A stretch of 64,000 bases of DNA from IMG/VR virus record IMGVR_UViG_3300023174_006147, positions 1 to 64,000 of that record. One strand, 5' to 3'. The notes beneath the pieces are model-generated. The model had not been told where the DNA came from. It ran no database searches and worked only from the letters and a program-made list of their open reading frames with translations. A program made the position numbers and the translations under genes. The stretch is from a virus. How positions within the stretch are numbered: the stretch's first letter is position 1; each line of letters starts with the position of its first letter. Positions 42,717 to 51,172 of this stretch are shown here, one piece after another.

Positions 42717-42830
42717 TGCGATAACCTTATTTACTCATCAAGTAAAACACACCAAATACTGCAAGAACTGCAATCTTTGGACCTAGAATTCTTGCTTGTT
42801 CATATACTGCATGTTTGATCTGTTTCATTG
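42640..42830. repeat. ~80-bp tandem duplication (two paralogous small ORFs; second at 42727-42828)
   Basis: caccaaatactgcaagaa...gtttgatctgtttcattg occurs twice. Confidence 0.8.
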
Positions 42831-42937
42831 TGGTAGCCTTTGTAATTGCTATTTACTTGACAAGTATAAAACACCATGATGGTATTGTCAATATTAAAAT
42901 TAATAAATAGTATGATTACATTGGAGAAATGTGTACC

Positions 42938-43414
42938 ATGAATATTAAAGAACTTCTTAACATTTCCGAAGGAGAAATTGTTGATTTTGATACCGCAAAA
43001 CAAGACAAAGAATTGCGCGGATTTCATAAAGATTTCATGGGAAAAGTTCAACAACGTGCCGGTGGCATGAATGCAGTAATGTCAGTGATGAAAGAAAAAG
43101 GAATCTTTGATGATCTTCCTGTTGGAACTAGAATTCGTCTACCAAAAGGCGGAAGTTACAAAGTTATCCGACATGGCGTAACACGATCAAAAACTGGCAT
43201 GGAAAACTCATTCTCAGCAAATTTTCGAAAAGAGCATGGATTCGGACCAGCTTATTTTTTGCCTACAGAAGACGGATTCTATACACCACTAGTGTATCTT
43301 AGGAAAGAAGAATCAAACGGCGATTATGAAGAAGGTGGTTTTAATCTTGATAGACTTGTGAATTTTGAAACTGGTGAAAAACGTTACACTAAGTTTACCG
43401 GTCCGCAACGGTAA
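42938..43414 (+). CDS. late protein with MNIKELL leader (candidate internal head protein)
   Basis: ATAAATA at 42903, leader motif. Confidence 0.6.
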   Translation: MNIKELLNISEGEIVDFDTAKQDKELRGFHKDFMGKVQQRAGGMNAVMSVMKEKGIFDDLPVGTRIRLPKGGSYKVIRHGVTRSKTGMENSFSANFRKEHGFGPAYFLPTEDGFYTPLVYLRKEESNGDYEEGGFNLDRLVNFETGEKRYTKFTGPQR

Positions 43415-43415
43415 T

Positions 43416-43492
43416 TGGTGCTCCTAACAGGATTCGAACCTGTGGCCTCAAGATTAGGAATCGTGCGCTCTATCCTGCTGAGCTATAGGAGC
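43416..43492 (-). tRNA. tRNA-Arg(CCT)
   Basis: cloverleaf + CCA. Confidence 0.88.
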
Positions 43493-43494
43493 AT

Positions 43495-43568
43495 TGGTGC
43501 CTCATGACAGGATCGAACTGCCGTACTCTGATTACGAAACAGATGTAATACCACTATACGAATGAGGC
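43495..43568 (-). tRNA. tRNA-Thr(CGT)
   Basis: cloverleaf + CCA. Confidence 0.88.
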
Positions 43569-43569
43569 G

Positions 43570-43654
43570 TGGTGCGCCCGGCCGGACTCGAACCGGCACT
43601 CCCGAAAGAACGAGATTTTAAGTCTCGCGTGGCTACCTATTTCACCACGAGCGC
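43570..43654 (-). tRNA. tRNA-Leu(TAA)
   Basis: long arm + CCA. Confidence 0.9.
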
Positions 43655-43671
43655 ATGTACTACTATTTAAC

Positions 43672-43757
43672 TGGAGGAAGATGATGGCATCGAACCATTG
43701 ACCTTTCAGTCACTACTGCTTTCGAAACAGTGTGGGGAGCCAACCCCAGCATCTTCC
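43672..43757 (-). tRNA. tRNA-Ser(CGA), atypical D arm
   Basis: loop TTCGAAA, long arm, 5-bp D stem TGGGG/CCCCA. Confidence 0.75.
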
Positions 43758-43764
43758 ATTAATT

Positions 43765-43847
43765 TGGTGCCCAGGAAGGGGATCGAACCCTCAAACATAT
43801 CACTTGACTCTCGACCAAGCCGCTTTACCAGAATTGCGTACCTAGGC
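43765..43847 (-). tRNA. tRNA-Leu(GAG), C33
   Basis: loop TCGAGAG, CCA. Confidence 0.8.
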
Positions 43848-43854
43848 ATTTTAT

Positions 43855-43942
43855 TGGAGGAGTCGGAGGGATTCGAACCCTCGGTACCTTTCGGTACGCT
43901 ACCTTTCCAAGGTAGTTCAATCGGCCGCTCTGACACGACTCC
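43855..43942 (-). tRNA. tRNA-Ser(GGA)
   Basis: long arm + CCA. Confidence 0.9.
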
Positions 43943-43951
43943 AAAATTTCT

Positions 43952-44692
43952 TTATTTTGTAATAACAGGCTGTCCTGCGGCACCTACCGCTTGAGTAGTT
44001 GCAGTCTTTCCGACATTAGCTCCAAATGATAGTTTTCCTTTAACATAAGTTAAAATGTCTAAGAAATACTTTTTCACAGTTGCCATATGATCGAAAAATC
44101 CCATAAATCCTGGCATAGTAACATTTGTAATGATTCCTGCAAATTCTTTAACTTTGTCTACTATAACATCGGTGGCTGTTGAAATTGCAGTTTGAGTCAT
44201 AGTTGCTGCTTTTAATAGCATATCTTTAAGATAGCTTAAGAAGCCATATAGTCCCAATTTTGCCAAAAATCCTTTCCATCCAGTAGTTTGCATAAAACTA
44301 TTAATAGAAGGTTGTAACATATTCCATAATTTTTCAACAACAGGCGAAATTGCAGGAATTTTTGTTTTAATTTCAGTAATTAATGCAACTACTGTTTTTT
44401 GTACATTACGGCACTGTTTGCCTAATTGCGCTACTGTACTGTCCATCATTGCTTGATCGGAAACAACGTCTTTGATCAAAATTGCCGCAGTTTTAACATC
44501 CGTTATAGCACCCTTGATATCATTGACGGTTTTCGTATACTGATTGCCCAAGTATTGTTTGGCCGAATCTAAAAATCCCTCATAGATTATTTGCTCGGTT
44601 AATATACTTTTACTGTAGTAAACACCTTCGCAAAGGTATAGATTTTTTAATACAGTATTCTGATTTTCGTAAAGGATTTCATTTATACGCAT
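43952..44692 (-). CDS. late helical protein with MRINEIL leader
   Basis: ATAAATA 4 nt before ATG. Confidence 0.65.
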   Translation of the reverse strand: MRINEILYENQNTVLKNLYLCEGVYYSKSILTEQIIYEGFLDSAKQYLGNQYTKTVNDIKGAITDVKTAAILIKDVVSDQAMMDSTVAQLGKQCRNVQKTVVALITEIKTKIPAISPVVEKLWNMLQPSINSFMQTTGWKGFLAKLGLYGFLSYLKDMLLKAATMTQTAISTATDVIVDKVKEFAGIITNVTMPGFMGFFDHMATVKKYFLDILTYVKGKLSFGANVGKTATTQAVGAAGQPVITK

Positions 44693-44702
44693 CAACTATT
44701 TA

Positions 44703-44882
44703 TTAATCAATATCAATGTTGCGGTTCAGCAAGTGGCGAGCTACGCGATGTTCAAGTTTCTTATCGCGGCTACGAGCCTTCTTTGAACGACGATTGTTAT
44801 AAGTTTCAGTGGGGAAAGTATCATGTCCAGGGCAGCAACGACCGATGCTACCGGGCTTGGCAAAATGGATATCACGCTTCAT
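44703..44882 (-). CDS. small basic protein (MKRDIHF...CCPGHD)
   Basis: AGGAG SD; ORF-track start lies inside tRNA-Val. Confidence 0.55.
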   Translation of the reverse strand: MKRDIHFAKPGSIGRCCPGHDTFPTETYNNRRSKKARSRDKKLEHRVARHLLNRNIDID

Positions 44883-44898
44883 TTTACTTCTCCTATAA

Positions 44899-44973
44899 TG
44901 GTGTGCGATGAGGGATTTGAACCCCCGACTTTCACCGTGTCGAGGTGACACTCTACCGCTGAGTTAATCGCAC
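44899..44973 (-). tRNA. tRNA-Val(GAC), C33
   Basis: loop TCGACAC, CCA. Confidence 0.85.
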
Positions 44974-44980
44974 ATTAAAT

Positions 44981-45105
44981 TGGTGGACCCGACTGGATTT
45001 TCACCAGTATCTCTGTTGTTCATCGGCACTAAGTTTATCCGGAAATCTCAATGTCGGTATCTGGTGCTTTGATTACTTCCGTCGAAGGTTTTAAGCTACA
45101 GGCCC
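44981..45105 (-). ncRNA. expanded tRNA-like RNA (125 nt)
   Basis: GGGCCTG/CGGGTCC + ACCA, TAGC D-start, T arm ACTGG-TGAAAAT-CCAGT, no standard anticodon arm. Confidence 0.6.
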
Positions 45106-45111
45106 ATAATT

Positions 45112-45196
45112 TGGTAGGGGTAGAGGGACTTGAACCCCCACGCCTTGCGGCAAAGCATTTTGAGTGCTCCGAGTCTACCGATTTCACCATACCCCC
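45112..45196 (-). tRNA. tRNA-Leu(CAA)
   Basis: long arm + CCA. Confidence 0.9.
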
Positions 45197-45232
45197 ATTT
45201 ATTCTTTAAAATCTATTAGTGTTCTTTGACAA

Positions 45233-45320
45233 TGGAGGAAGCGCAGGGATTCGAACCCTGGGTACCTTGCGGTACTTCTGATTTCAAGTCAGACGCAATC
45301 GGCCTCTCTGCCACGCTTCC
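45233..45320 (-). tRNA. tRNA-Ser(TGA)
   Basis: long arm + CCA. Confidence 0.9.
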
Positions 45321-45360
45321 GGTTAATATGTTATTATTATAATACAGACATTGTCGTCTG

Positions 45361-46092
45361 TCAAGAATTTTTGTTTAAAATTCCAAGAATATGTAATGTT
45401 GCCAAGTATTTGCCATGGCGATCACCTAGGCCCCGTAATGCACTGTTGATAGACCGTGTTGCGGCCTGTGTATTGTCAAAATTGTCAATTTTAGGACTGA
45501 CCCGATTTTTCCAATACCAAACCGAAACTTTTGCGGCAACTTCTGGTTTTTCAAGAAGTTCAGGATGTTGCTCAAGTGGCAATCCCAGTGCATTGCCTGC
45601 TTTGCGATAATTCTCTCTGCCAGTTAATTGAATATATCCTCTACCTATATACCGTTGACCGTCTCCTGGCCGAGTATTGCCTAATCTTTTTGCTTTTTCA
45701 GGATTATGTTTTATATCGTATTTTTTAAAATATGCACTATTGCCTATTTCTCGCAATTTCGAAAAATTTAAAGATTCATGTGCGCATTGTGCTAAAAATT
45801 GTGCAAGTTCTCTGCCCTTTAATCCGGCACCTCGCGCAGCACTGACTAAGGTCTTTCCAGCAACGGTATTAAAAGCAGCTAACAACTCACTGACCTTTTC
45901 AGGATTAGCTTTAATTTTTGGTATTTCCAATTTAACGGAGCTAGATTTTTCCGATGCAGGAGTTGGATTATTTTGCATTGCTGCATATCCTCCAAGTGCA
46001 GCAGTGCCTAATGCTCCTGCTGCAACTGCACCCTTGGCCCATTTAGACAGAGCTTCGTCAATTTGCTCTTCTATGAGTTCTGAAATTCGCAC
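45361..46092 (-). CDS. GH19 lysozyme/chitinase-like muralytic enzyme with MRISELIE leader and Ala/Gly hydrophobic segment
   Basis: [12 protein letters not shown]...[20 protein letters not shown]. Confidence 0.85.
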   Translation of the reverse strand: MRISELIEEQIDEALSKWAKGAVAAGALGTAALGGYAAMQNNPTPASEKSSSVKLEIPKIKANPEKVSELLAAFNTVAGKTLVSAARGAGLKGRELAQFLAQCAHESLNFSKLREIGNSAYFKKYDIKHNPEKAKRLGNTRPGDGQRYIGRGYIQLTGRENYRKAGNALGLPLEQHPELLEKPEVAAKVSVWYWKNRVSPKIDNFDNTQAATRSINSALRGLGDRHGKYLATLHILGILNKNS

Positions 46093-46095
46093 TAA

Positions 46096-46653
46096 TTATC
46101 TGGAGTTTGCTATACTGGTCAACAGTGCTTTTACTCTTCCAAATGGCATTTTGTCAATATTCTGAATGAATTTTGGATCAAATGGCAACTTTGTTAGTGT
46201 TTGTTGCACAGATTGCAGTGATGCCAGTGTTTTCTTTGCTGTTGCACGTTGTTCGCCTGCTTGATATGTATTAGCAATTCCTTGTGCTGCTCCAGTTGCT
46301 GCTCCGCCAATTGCTTTTCCTGCCTGCTGTGCTGCTCCAGATGCTGCCTGACCTGCTTGCTGTGCTGCGCCGCCAATTGCCTGTCCTGCTTGCTTCAATG
46401 CACCACCAACTGCTTGACCAGCGCCTGCAGCTGCCTGACCGACACGGCTTGCCGCGCCGCCCACTGCTCTTGAAGCTGCTCCACCAAGCGCACTAAGGCC
46501 ACCCAATAATTCACTCAATTCAGCTTCTGATAATTCACCGGATTCGATCATCTGGGTGATTCTGTTGGACTCTGAAAGTGCTTGTGTTTTTACATCAGGC
46601 GCAACATCTTCCATTGTTTCAATAAATTTAACTAAATCTCTCATGGAATCCAT
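46096..46653 (-). CDS. Ala/Gly/Gln-rich late protein
   Basis: ATAAATA + AGGAG; 11-aa-like repeats. Confidence 0.6.
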   Translation of the reverse strand: MDSMRDLVKFIETMEDVAPDVKTQALSESNRITQMIESGELSEAELSELLGGLSALGGAASRAVGGAASRVGQAAAGAGQAVGGALKQAGQAIGGAAQQAGQAASGAAQQAGKAIGGAATGAAQGIANTYQAGEQRATAKKTLASLQSVQQTLTKLPFDPKFIQNIDKMPFGRVKALLTSIANSR

Positions 46654-46713
46654 GACAATATCTCCTTTTATTTTATTTATGCGATTAAACACATAATATA
46701 AAATTAGAAGAAA

Positions 46714-46785
46714 TGGTAGCTCGTGCAGGTACTGCCCCTGCCTAGACTCCCGTATGAGAGGAATCCGTCCACTTAGACCCGAGCC
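46714..46785 (-). tRNA. non-canonical tRNA(CAT)
   Basis: loop CTCATAC, T loop GGCAGTA, short D arm, CCA. Confidence 0.6.
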
Positions 46786-46813
46786 ATGGTTTTAAGAATT
46801 AGTTCACTGATTT

Positions 46814-48172
46814 TTATGACCAGTCGTCTTTGGGAACTTCTTTTTTATAGCTTTGAAGATGCTTGACAATCTTTTTCAAATATAGCTTCCAAACTTTTAA
46901 AAATTGAAGTTCTCTAGCAGATGGATTTGAATTTTGCATTGCCTGCTTTGCTGTAGGAGCAATTATTGATGGATAAGTATTATTTGGAAAATATCCCCAC
47001 TTGACATCCTCAATCGCCGAATCAACGAATTCATTGACCTGACGCTGTTTATCATTTGTGGAATATGAATATCGAAAAGGCTCATTAGAGATGAAGTCCG
47101 AGTACAACTGGGTGGCAGCGTGTGAAGCATGTGCTTCAATTTCGTTGACAGAACCTAAATATGCTGCCCAGCGATCTACATTGTATCCAAAATTGTCAGC
47201 ATCATATGCATTTTGACCTCTCCTACCACCACGATATTTTCGGCGCCAGTCGTCCTTTTGACTGTCTTTTCCTCGCTGATCATTCTTGTCAGAAGCATAA
47301 AGTTTCGGCCTAGGAACACTTGGATCAGGAATCTTGGTGTAATCGCCTTTTCCAAATCCACGGTCAGATGACTGCATCTTGATATTAGCACGAGCATTCT
47401 GATCCATGTGAACAACTTCGTGTACGTAAGTACTGACTAATTCTTTAAGAAATGCAGGGACAGGATTATCAACGCCACTATCTCCATAACGATTTACGGA
47501 ATCCCTTTCCAATAATCTGTGGGTTAATACAGTCCATAATTTTTCTTTAGAAGTATATATATTGATGTGCTGCGCAAGATCGTTCTGCCAATCAATTTGC
47601 TGTGATGATCTGCTATGTAAAGTGGATTTTTGTGGATGACGCTGAAAATACCCGCCACCAGTCTTTGGTTCGCCAGTGTGTTTATTTTTGCCAGTTGTAT
47701 CAAGTTGAACAATGATGTGCTGAAGCCAATACAGGTTCTTCTTTCTGTTTTCTTCCCATGGCTCATCATTTTTATATTGTTCAATCTTACCAAACTGTGC
47801 TTCCATGTAATCACGAGCCAAATCCTGTAGATGAAGTTCCATTACATCAATGAATTCATCTACAATATCAGTATTCGGCTCACTTTTGTATAGTTTTGAT
47901 TGCACGATGCCACTGAGATCTTGTGACTTATATTGAAGATTGGATACAAGTTTATCTTCCTCACGCCAATCTAATCCACGGCCACGAATTTCTTCAACTC
48001 TATTTTCAAGAGAACTCATCTTTTTTAAGTAATCGCCTTCTCCTACTGAATCAAAAATAGATTCAGCATTCCACCTAATAAATTGATCGATTTCTCGGGT
48101 AAGAAGATCATATGTAGCCTGAGTTAAGCCTGCTGTTTGATCGATTGCTTCTATGAGTTCTGTAATACGCAT
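46814..48172 (-). CDS. HEXXH metallopeptidase-like late protein with MRITELIE leader
   Basis: HEVVH...NEIEAHA; ATAAATA 4 nt before ATG. Confidence 0.65.
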   Translation of the reverse strand: MRITELIEAIDQTAGLTQATYDLLTREIDQFIRWNAESIFDSVGEGDYLKKMSSLENRVEEIRGRGLDWREEDKLVSNLQYKSQDLSGIVQSKLYKSEPNTDIVDEFIDVMELHLQDLARDYMEAQFGKIEQYKNDEPWEENRKKNLYWLQHIIVQLDTTGKNKHTGEPKTGGGYFQRHPQKSTLHSRSSQQIDWQNDLAQHINIYTSKEKLWTVLTHRLLERDSVNRYGDSGVDNPVPAFLKELVSTYVHEVVHMDQNARANIKMQSSDRGFGKGDYTKIPDPSVPRPKLYASDKNDQRGKDSQKDDWRRKYRGGRRGQNAYDADNFGYNVDRWAAYLGSVNEIEAHASHAATQLYSDFISNEPFRYSYSTNDKQRQVNEFVDSAIEDVKWGYFPNNTYPSIIAPTAKQAMQNSNPSARELQFLKVWKLYLKKIVKHLQSYKKEVPKDDWS

Positions 48173-48185
48173 GTTGTATTTATCA

Positions 48186-48261
48186 TGGTGCTGTATGACG
48201 GAATCGAACCGCCGACATCCTGATTACTAAACAGGTACTCTACCAACTGAGTTAATACAGC
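48186..48261 (-). tRNA. tRNA-Thr(AGT)
   Basis: CCTGT-TTAGTAA-TCAGG, CCA. Confidence 0.85.
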
Positions 48262-48269
48262 ATTAATTT

Positions 48270-48346
48270 TGGTGGGCCCGGAGAGATTCGAACTCCCGAC
48301 ATCCTGGTTCGAAGCCAGGCGCTCTATCCAGCTGAACTACGAGCCC
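48270..48346 (-). tRNA. tRNA-Arg(TCG)
   Basis: cloverleaf + CCA. Confidence 0.9.
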
Positions 48347-48363
48347 ATTTTTTATATGATAAT

Positions 48364-48552
48364 TTATCGAAAAGTTTTTCGACGAGGACCTTTGTCCCTA
48401 TTAGGAATGGCATGATGTCTGGCCCAGGCCTCGTCTGTAAAACCAGGACCGTACTTTGCCAGAAGAACTTCTGCTTCACCTGAACTTACCAGAGACATCC
48501 ATTCCTGATGATCATATCGTACTCCTGACTTTGATAATGTAATAGCTGGCAT
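48364..48552 (-). CDS. small hypothetical protein
   Basis: SD AAGGAAG. Confidence 0.5.
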   Translation of the reverse strand: MPAITLSKSGVRYDHQEWMSLVSSGEAEVLLAKYGPGFTDEAWARHHAIPNRDKGPRRKTFR

Positions 48553-48571
48553 TCTTTCTTCCTTTATTTGA

Positions 48572-48647
48572 TGGTGCGCATGGCAAGAGTTGAACTTGCG
48601 ACCTACGAGTTATCAGCTCGTTGCTACTACCACTGAGCTACACGCGC
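48572..48647 (-). tRNA. tRNA-Ile(GAT)
   Basis: cloverleaf + CCA. Confidence 0.9.
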
Positions 48648-48653
48648 ATTTAA

Positions 48654-48851
48654 TTAGTTTTCAATTATTCCTGTTACCCAATTTTCAGCAGTATCTTCTG
48701 CGTACCGCATTGAATGTTCAGAAACATCGATAAGTTTAACTGGATATTGTTGAACATAACATTCAACTTTTAATCCCGCTTCGTCTTTGAAAATAATGGC
48801 ACTGCGATCACTGTTATCAGAATCGCCATTATACTTTGAAATAATTTCCAT
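48654..48851 (-). CDS. small hypothetical phage protein
   Basis: ends YAEDTAENWV. Confidence 0.55.
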   Translation of the reverse strand: MEIISKYNGDSDNSDRSAIIFKDEAGLKVECYVQQYPVKLIDVSEHSMRYAEDTAENWVTGIIEN

Positions 48852-48869
48852 TACTTAACTTTCATATTT

Positions 48870-48945
48870 TGGATCGGCCACTAGGGTTCGAACCTAGAGT
48901 CTCCAGAATCAAAATCTGGCGTGTTGCCAATTACACTATGGCCGA
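48870..48945 (-). tRNA. tRNA-Gln(TTG)
   Basis: cloverleaf + CCA. Confidence 0.9.
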
Positions 48946-49000
48946 ATGAATCTTTAATTGCTTGTATATTATATACTGTTGACCAAGTTGTCAACTGATA

Positions 49001-49666
49001 TTATTCAAATTTTTTTATAATTCTTCCTTTATTCCAGCCAGGTGGAATAATATCTGTTTTTTTAATTTTTTTATTTACGTGACCATTCGTGATCCAAATA
49101 GATCCAAATTGAGAATTGTTTTTGCCCTTATTTTTTGATTTTCGAAGTTTTGCTAAAGTTTCTTCTGAATGCTTTTTACCAAAAAATGGATTACCACTTC
49201 CTGCATTTCTTTTCTTTGCAGCCAAGGAACGAGCTTCGCGATTTCTTTTTGCCCATTCTCCGTTTTCTTCTTTAAGTTTTTTTTGAGTATCTCTGCCTCT
49301 TTTTAGAGCATCTATAAAAATGAGCCGATATTCTGTAATTTTCATAGTGTTTTCGGTTCCGTTTCTGATATCCGACTTGTTTATATGACCAAATCCTCCT
49401 TGACCTCCAACACATAAGTTATATGTGTCGTCCCGATCACAAAATTCCTCCGTCACTAATTCTTTCTCTTTAACATTCATCTCGAATTCAGAATCAAATA
49501 TATATAATAGCTCTTTTTTAAAATTTTCTATTCCGTACTTTTTAATCGCAGCTTTTAATAATTTCCCGGATCCCATATACTCGTCATCTAGGTTCATAGT
49601 CTGATGCTTGCCTATGTAAATTTTATTATTGATTATATTTGTTATTTGATATATCGTGTAAAACAT
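49001..49666 (-). mobile_element. GIY-YIG Seg-like homing endonuclease with NUMOD3
   Basis: IYQITN..NKIYIG..YMGSG, NPFFGKKHSEET; between the two tRNA-Gln genes. Confidence 0.85.
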
Positions 49667-49704
49667 TTTTATTCCTCACGATATTTATCATTGTAAAGTT
49701 AGTG

Positions 49705-49777
49705 ATGCTCTCCCAGGGGTCGAACCTGGAACCTTCTGAGTCAGAGTCAGACGTGCTGCCAATTGCACCAGAGAGCA
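49705..49777 (-). tRNA. tRNA-Gln(CTG), CCA not encoded
   Basis: loop CTCTGAC. Confidence 0.85.
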
Positions 49778-49782
49778 ATAAA

Positions 49783-50262
49783 TTATTTTTCTTGCCTTGA
49801 GGAAAAAACTTCTATTGCGGCTAGAATGTGTTCATCCCGCAGGCCTTCACCGTCTTCAATATACACTAGCCGTTTAGATTCAGTAAACTTTCTGTCATCA
49901 AAGCAAACCCAATCGCATTCACCATTGTCAGCGATCCACTGATTAATGGCAATTAATCTACCAATACCACGAACAGTGCTTGTCACATCTGTATAATCAA
50001 TGTTTGGAAAAATTGTTCTCCAATCATTGTGAAAATGTGTTGGATCAATCCCCCAATGTATTAAATCTTCTTTTAAAGTTTTTCCATAGGGCAAGTGATA
50101 ATTGTGCATTGAGTTGGTTACAATTTTTGCACCAGACTCAATGCACAGATCATTGAGCAATTGAATTGAAACTTTATTACAAGCTAACCGCAGTTCAGAT
50201 ACCATGACTGGAGAACTTACATTAATTATTGGACCATCAATATCTAAAAATATTATTCTCAT
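49783..50262 (-). CDS. HAD phosphatase, Swiss-army-knife RNA-repair type (HAD_SAK_2-like)
   Basis: IFLDIDG...VCFDD...GL. Confidence 0.7.
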   Translation of the reverse strand: MRIIFLDIDGPIINVSSPVMVSELRLACNKVSIQLLNDLCIESGAKIVTNSMHNYHLPYGKTLKEDLIHWGIDPTHFHNDWRTIFPNIDYTDVTSTVRGIGRLIAINQWIADNGECDWVCFDDRKFTESKRLVYIEDGEGLRDEHILAAIEVFSSRQEK

Positions 50263-51140
50263 CTTTTAATTAATTCTTCTGTTAAGTCTATAAAACGAGA
50301 AAAGTCATGTAGCTTGTTCTTCCAATCATCAGGAATTCCAGTCAGTCCATAAAATGCACCAGCAATTTGTCCTGTGACAGCGCCAACAGTATCAGCATCG
50401 TCCCCGAGGTTAACTGCCTGCAAGATAGCATCCTTAAAGTTATCCGTGTGATACACGCACCATAGGGCAGCATGAAGAGTATGGATAACATATCCAGACG
50501 AAGAAACATATTCGCGGCTAACTTCAAGTGAAGTGAGAATGTTCTTTACATCTTCTACCCAATGATCTTTAGCAGTTACATTAAAAATCCGACTCTTTTC
50601 AGTGGTGTAGATTGCATTAAGTAACACTTCCGCCATAAGTTCACATGAATGCAAACAAGCAGGTGAAGCATGAGTTGTCTCACTCTGCACGAGTGCAGTT
50701 GCCTTTGCCTTTTCTTCGTCATCGTAATGCGCAAGTACTGCTGGACTAAGTCGCATAATTGAACCATTGCCTGCGCCGAAGAAATCTGGATTATTTTTAG
50801 TTTCACCGGTTTTTTTAAAGTTAGAAATTGCAGTGCGAGTAGTGTTGCCAATATCAAAGCACCGGCCAGTAGACGAGTTTGCACCGTTATAATACCAGTC
50901 TGCAAAGCGATTAAGAAGATCGGTTTTATCAAGGTCTCGATTAGAAACTAGACTATCTGCAAGGCAAAGTGCCATACTAGTATCGTCAGTCCAATAACCT
51001 ACAGGAAGATTGAACGGTCCACCACCAAGCATGTCAGTAACCGGTTCAAAAGTATCACGATCTCTAAATTCTACAGTGGTACCAATGGCATCACCCACAG
51101 CAAGCCCAATAAATGCTCCAGCTAATTTGTCTTTTAACAT
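50259..51140 (-). CDS. ADP-ribosylglycohydrolase (DraG/ARH family)
   Basis: GDAIG, WTDDT, GNGSIMR, GDDADT. Confidence 0.92.
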   Translation of the reverse strand: MLKDKLAGAFIGLAVGDAIGTTVEFRDRDTFEPVTDMLGGGPFNLPVGYWTDDTSMALCLADSLVSNRDLDKTDLLNRFADWYYNGANSSTGRCFDIGNTTRTAISNFKKTGETKNNPDFFGAGNGSIMRLSPAVLAHYDDEEKAKATALVQSETTHASPACLHSCELMAEVLLNAIYTTEKSRIFNVTAKDHWVEDVKNILTSLEVSREYVSSSGYVIHTLHAALWCVYHTDNFKDAILQAVNLGDDADTVGAVTGQIAGAFYGLTGIPDDWKNKLHDFSRFIDLTEELIKR

Positions 51141-51172
51141 GATAACTCCTAGTGTAAAAAAATATTATAACA

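Noticed and set aside
44981-45105. tmRNA or group I intron-containing tRNA
   Set aside because: It is too short, with no tag ORF or intron core visible, so it is kept as a tRNA-like RNA.
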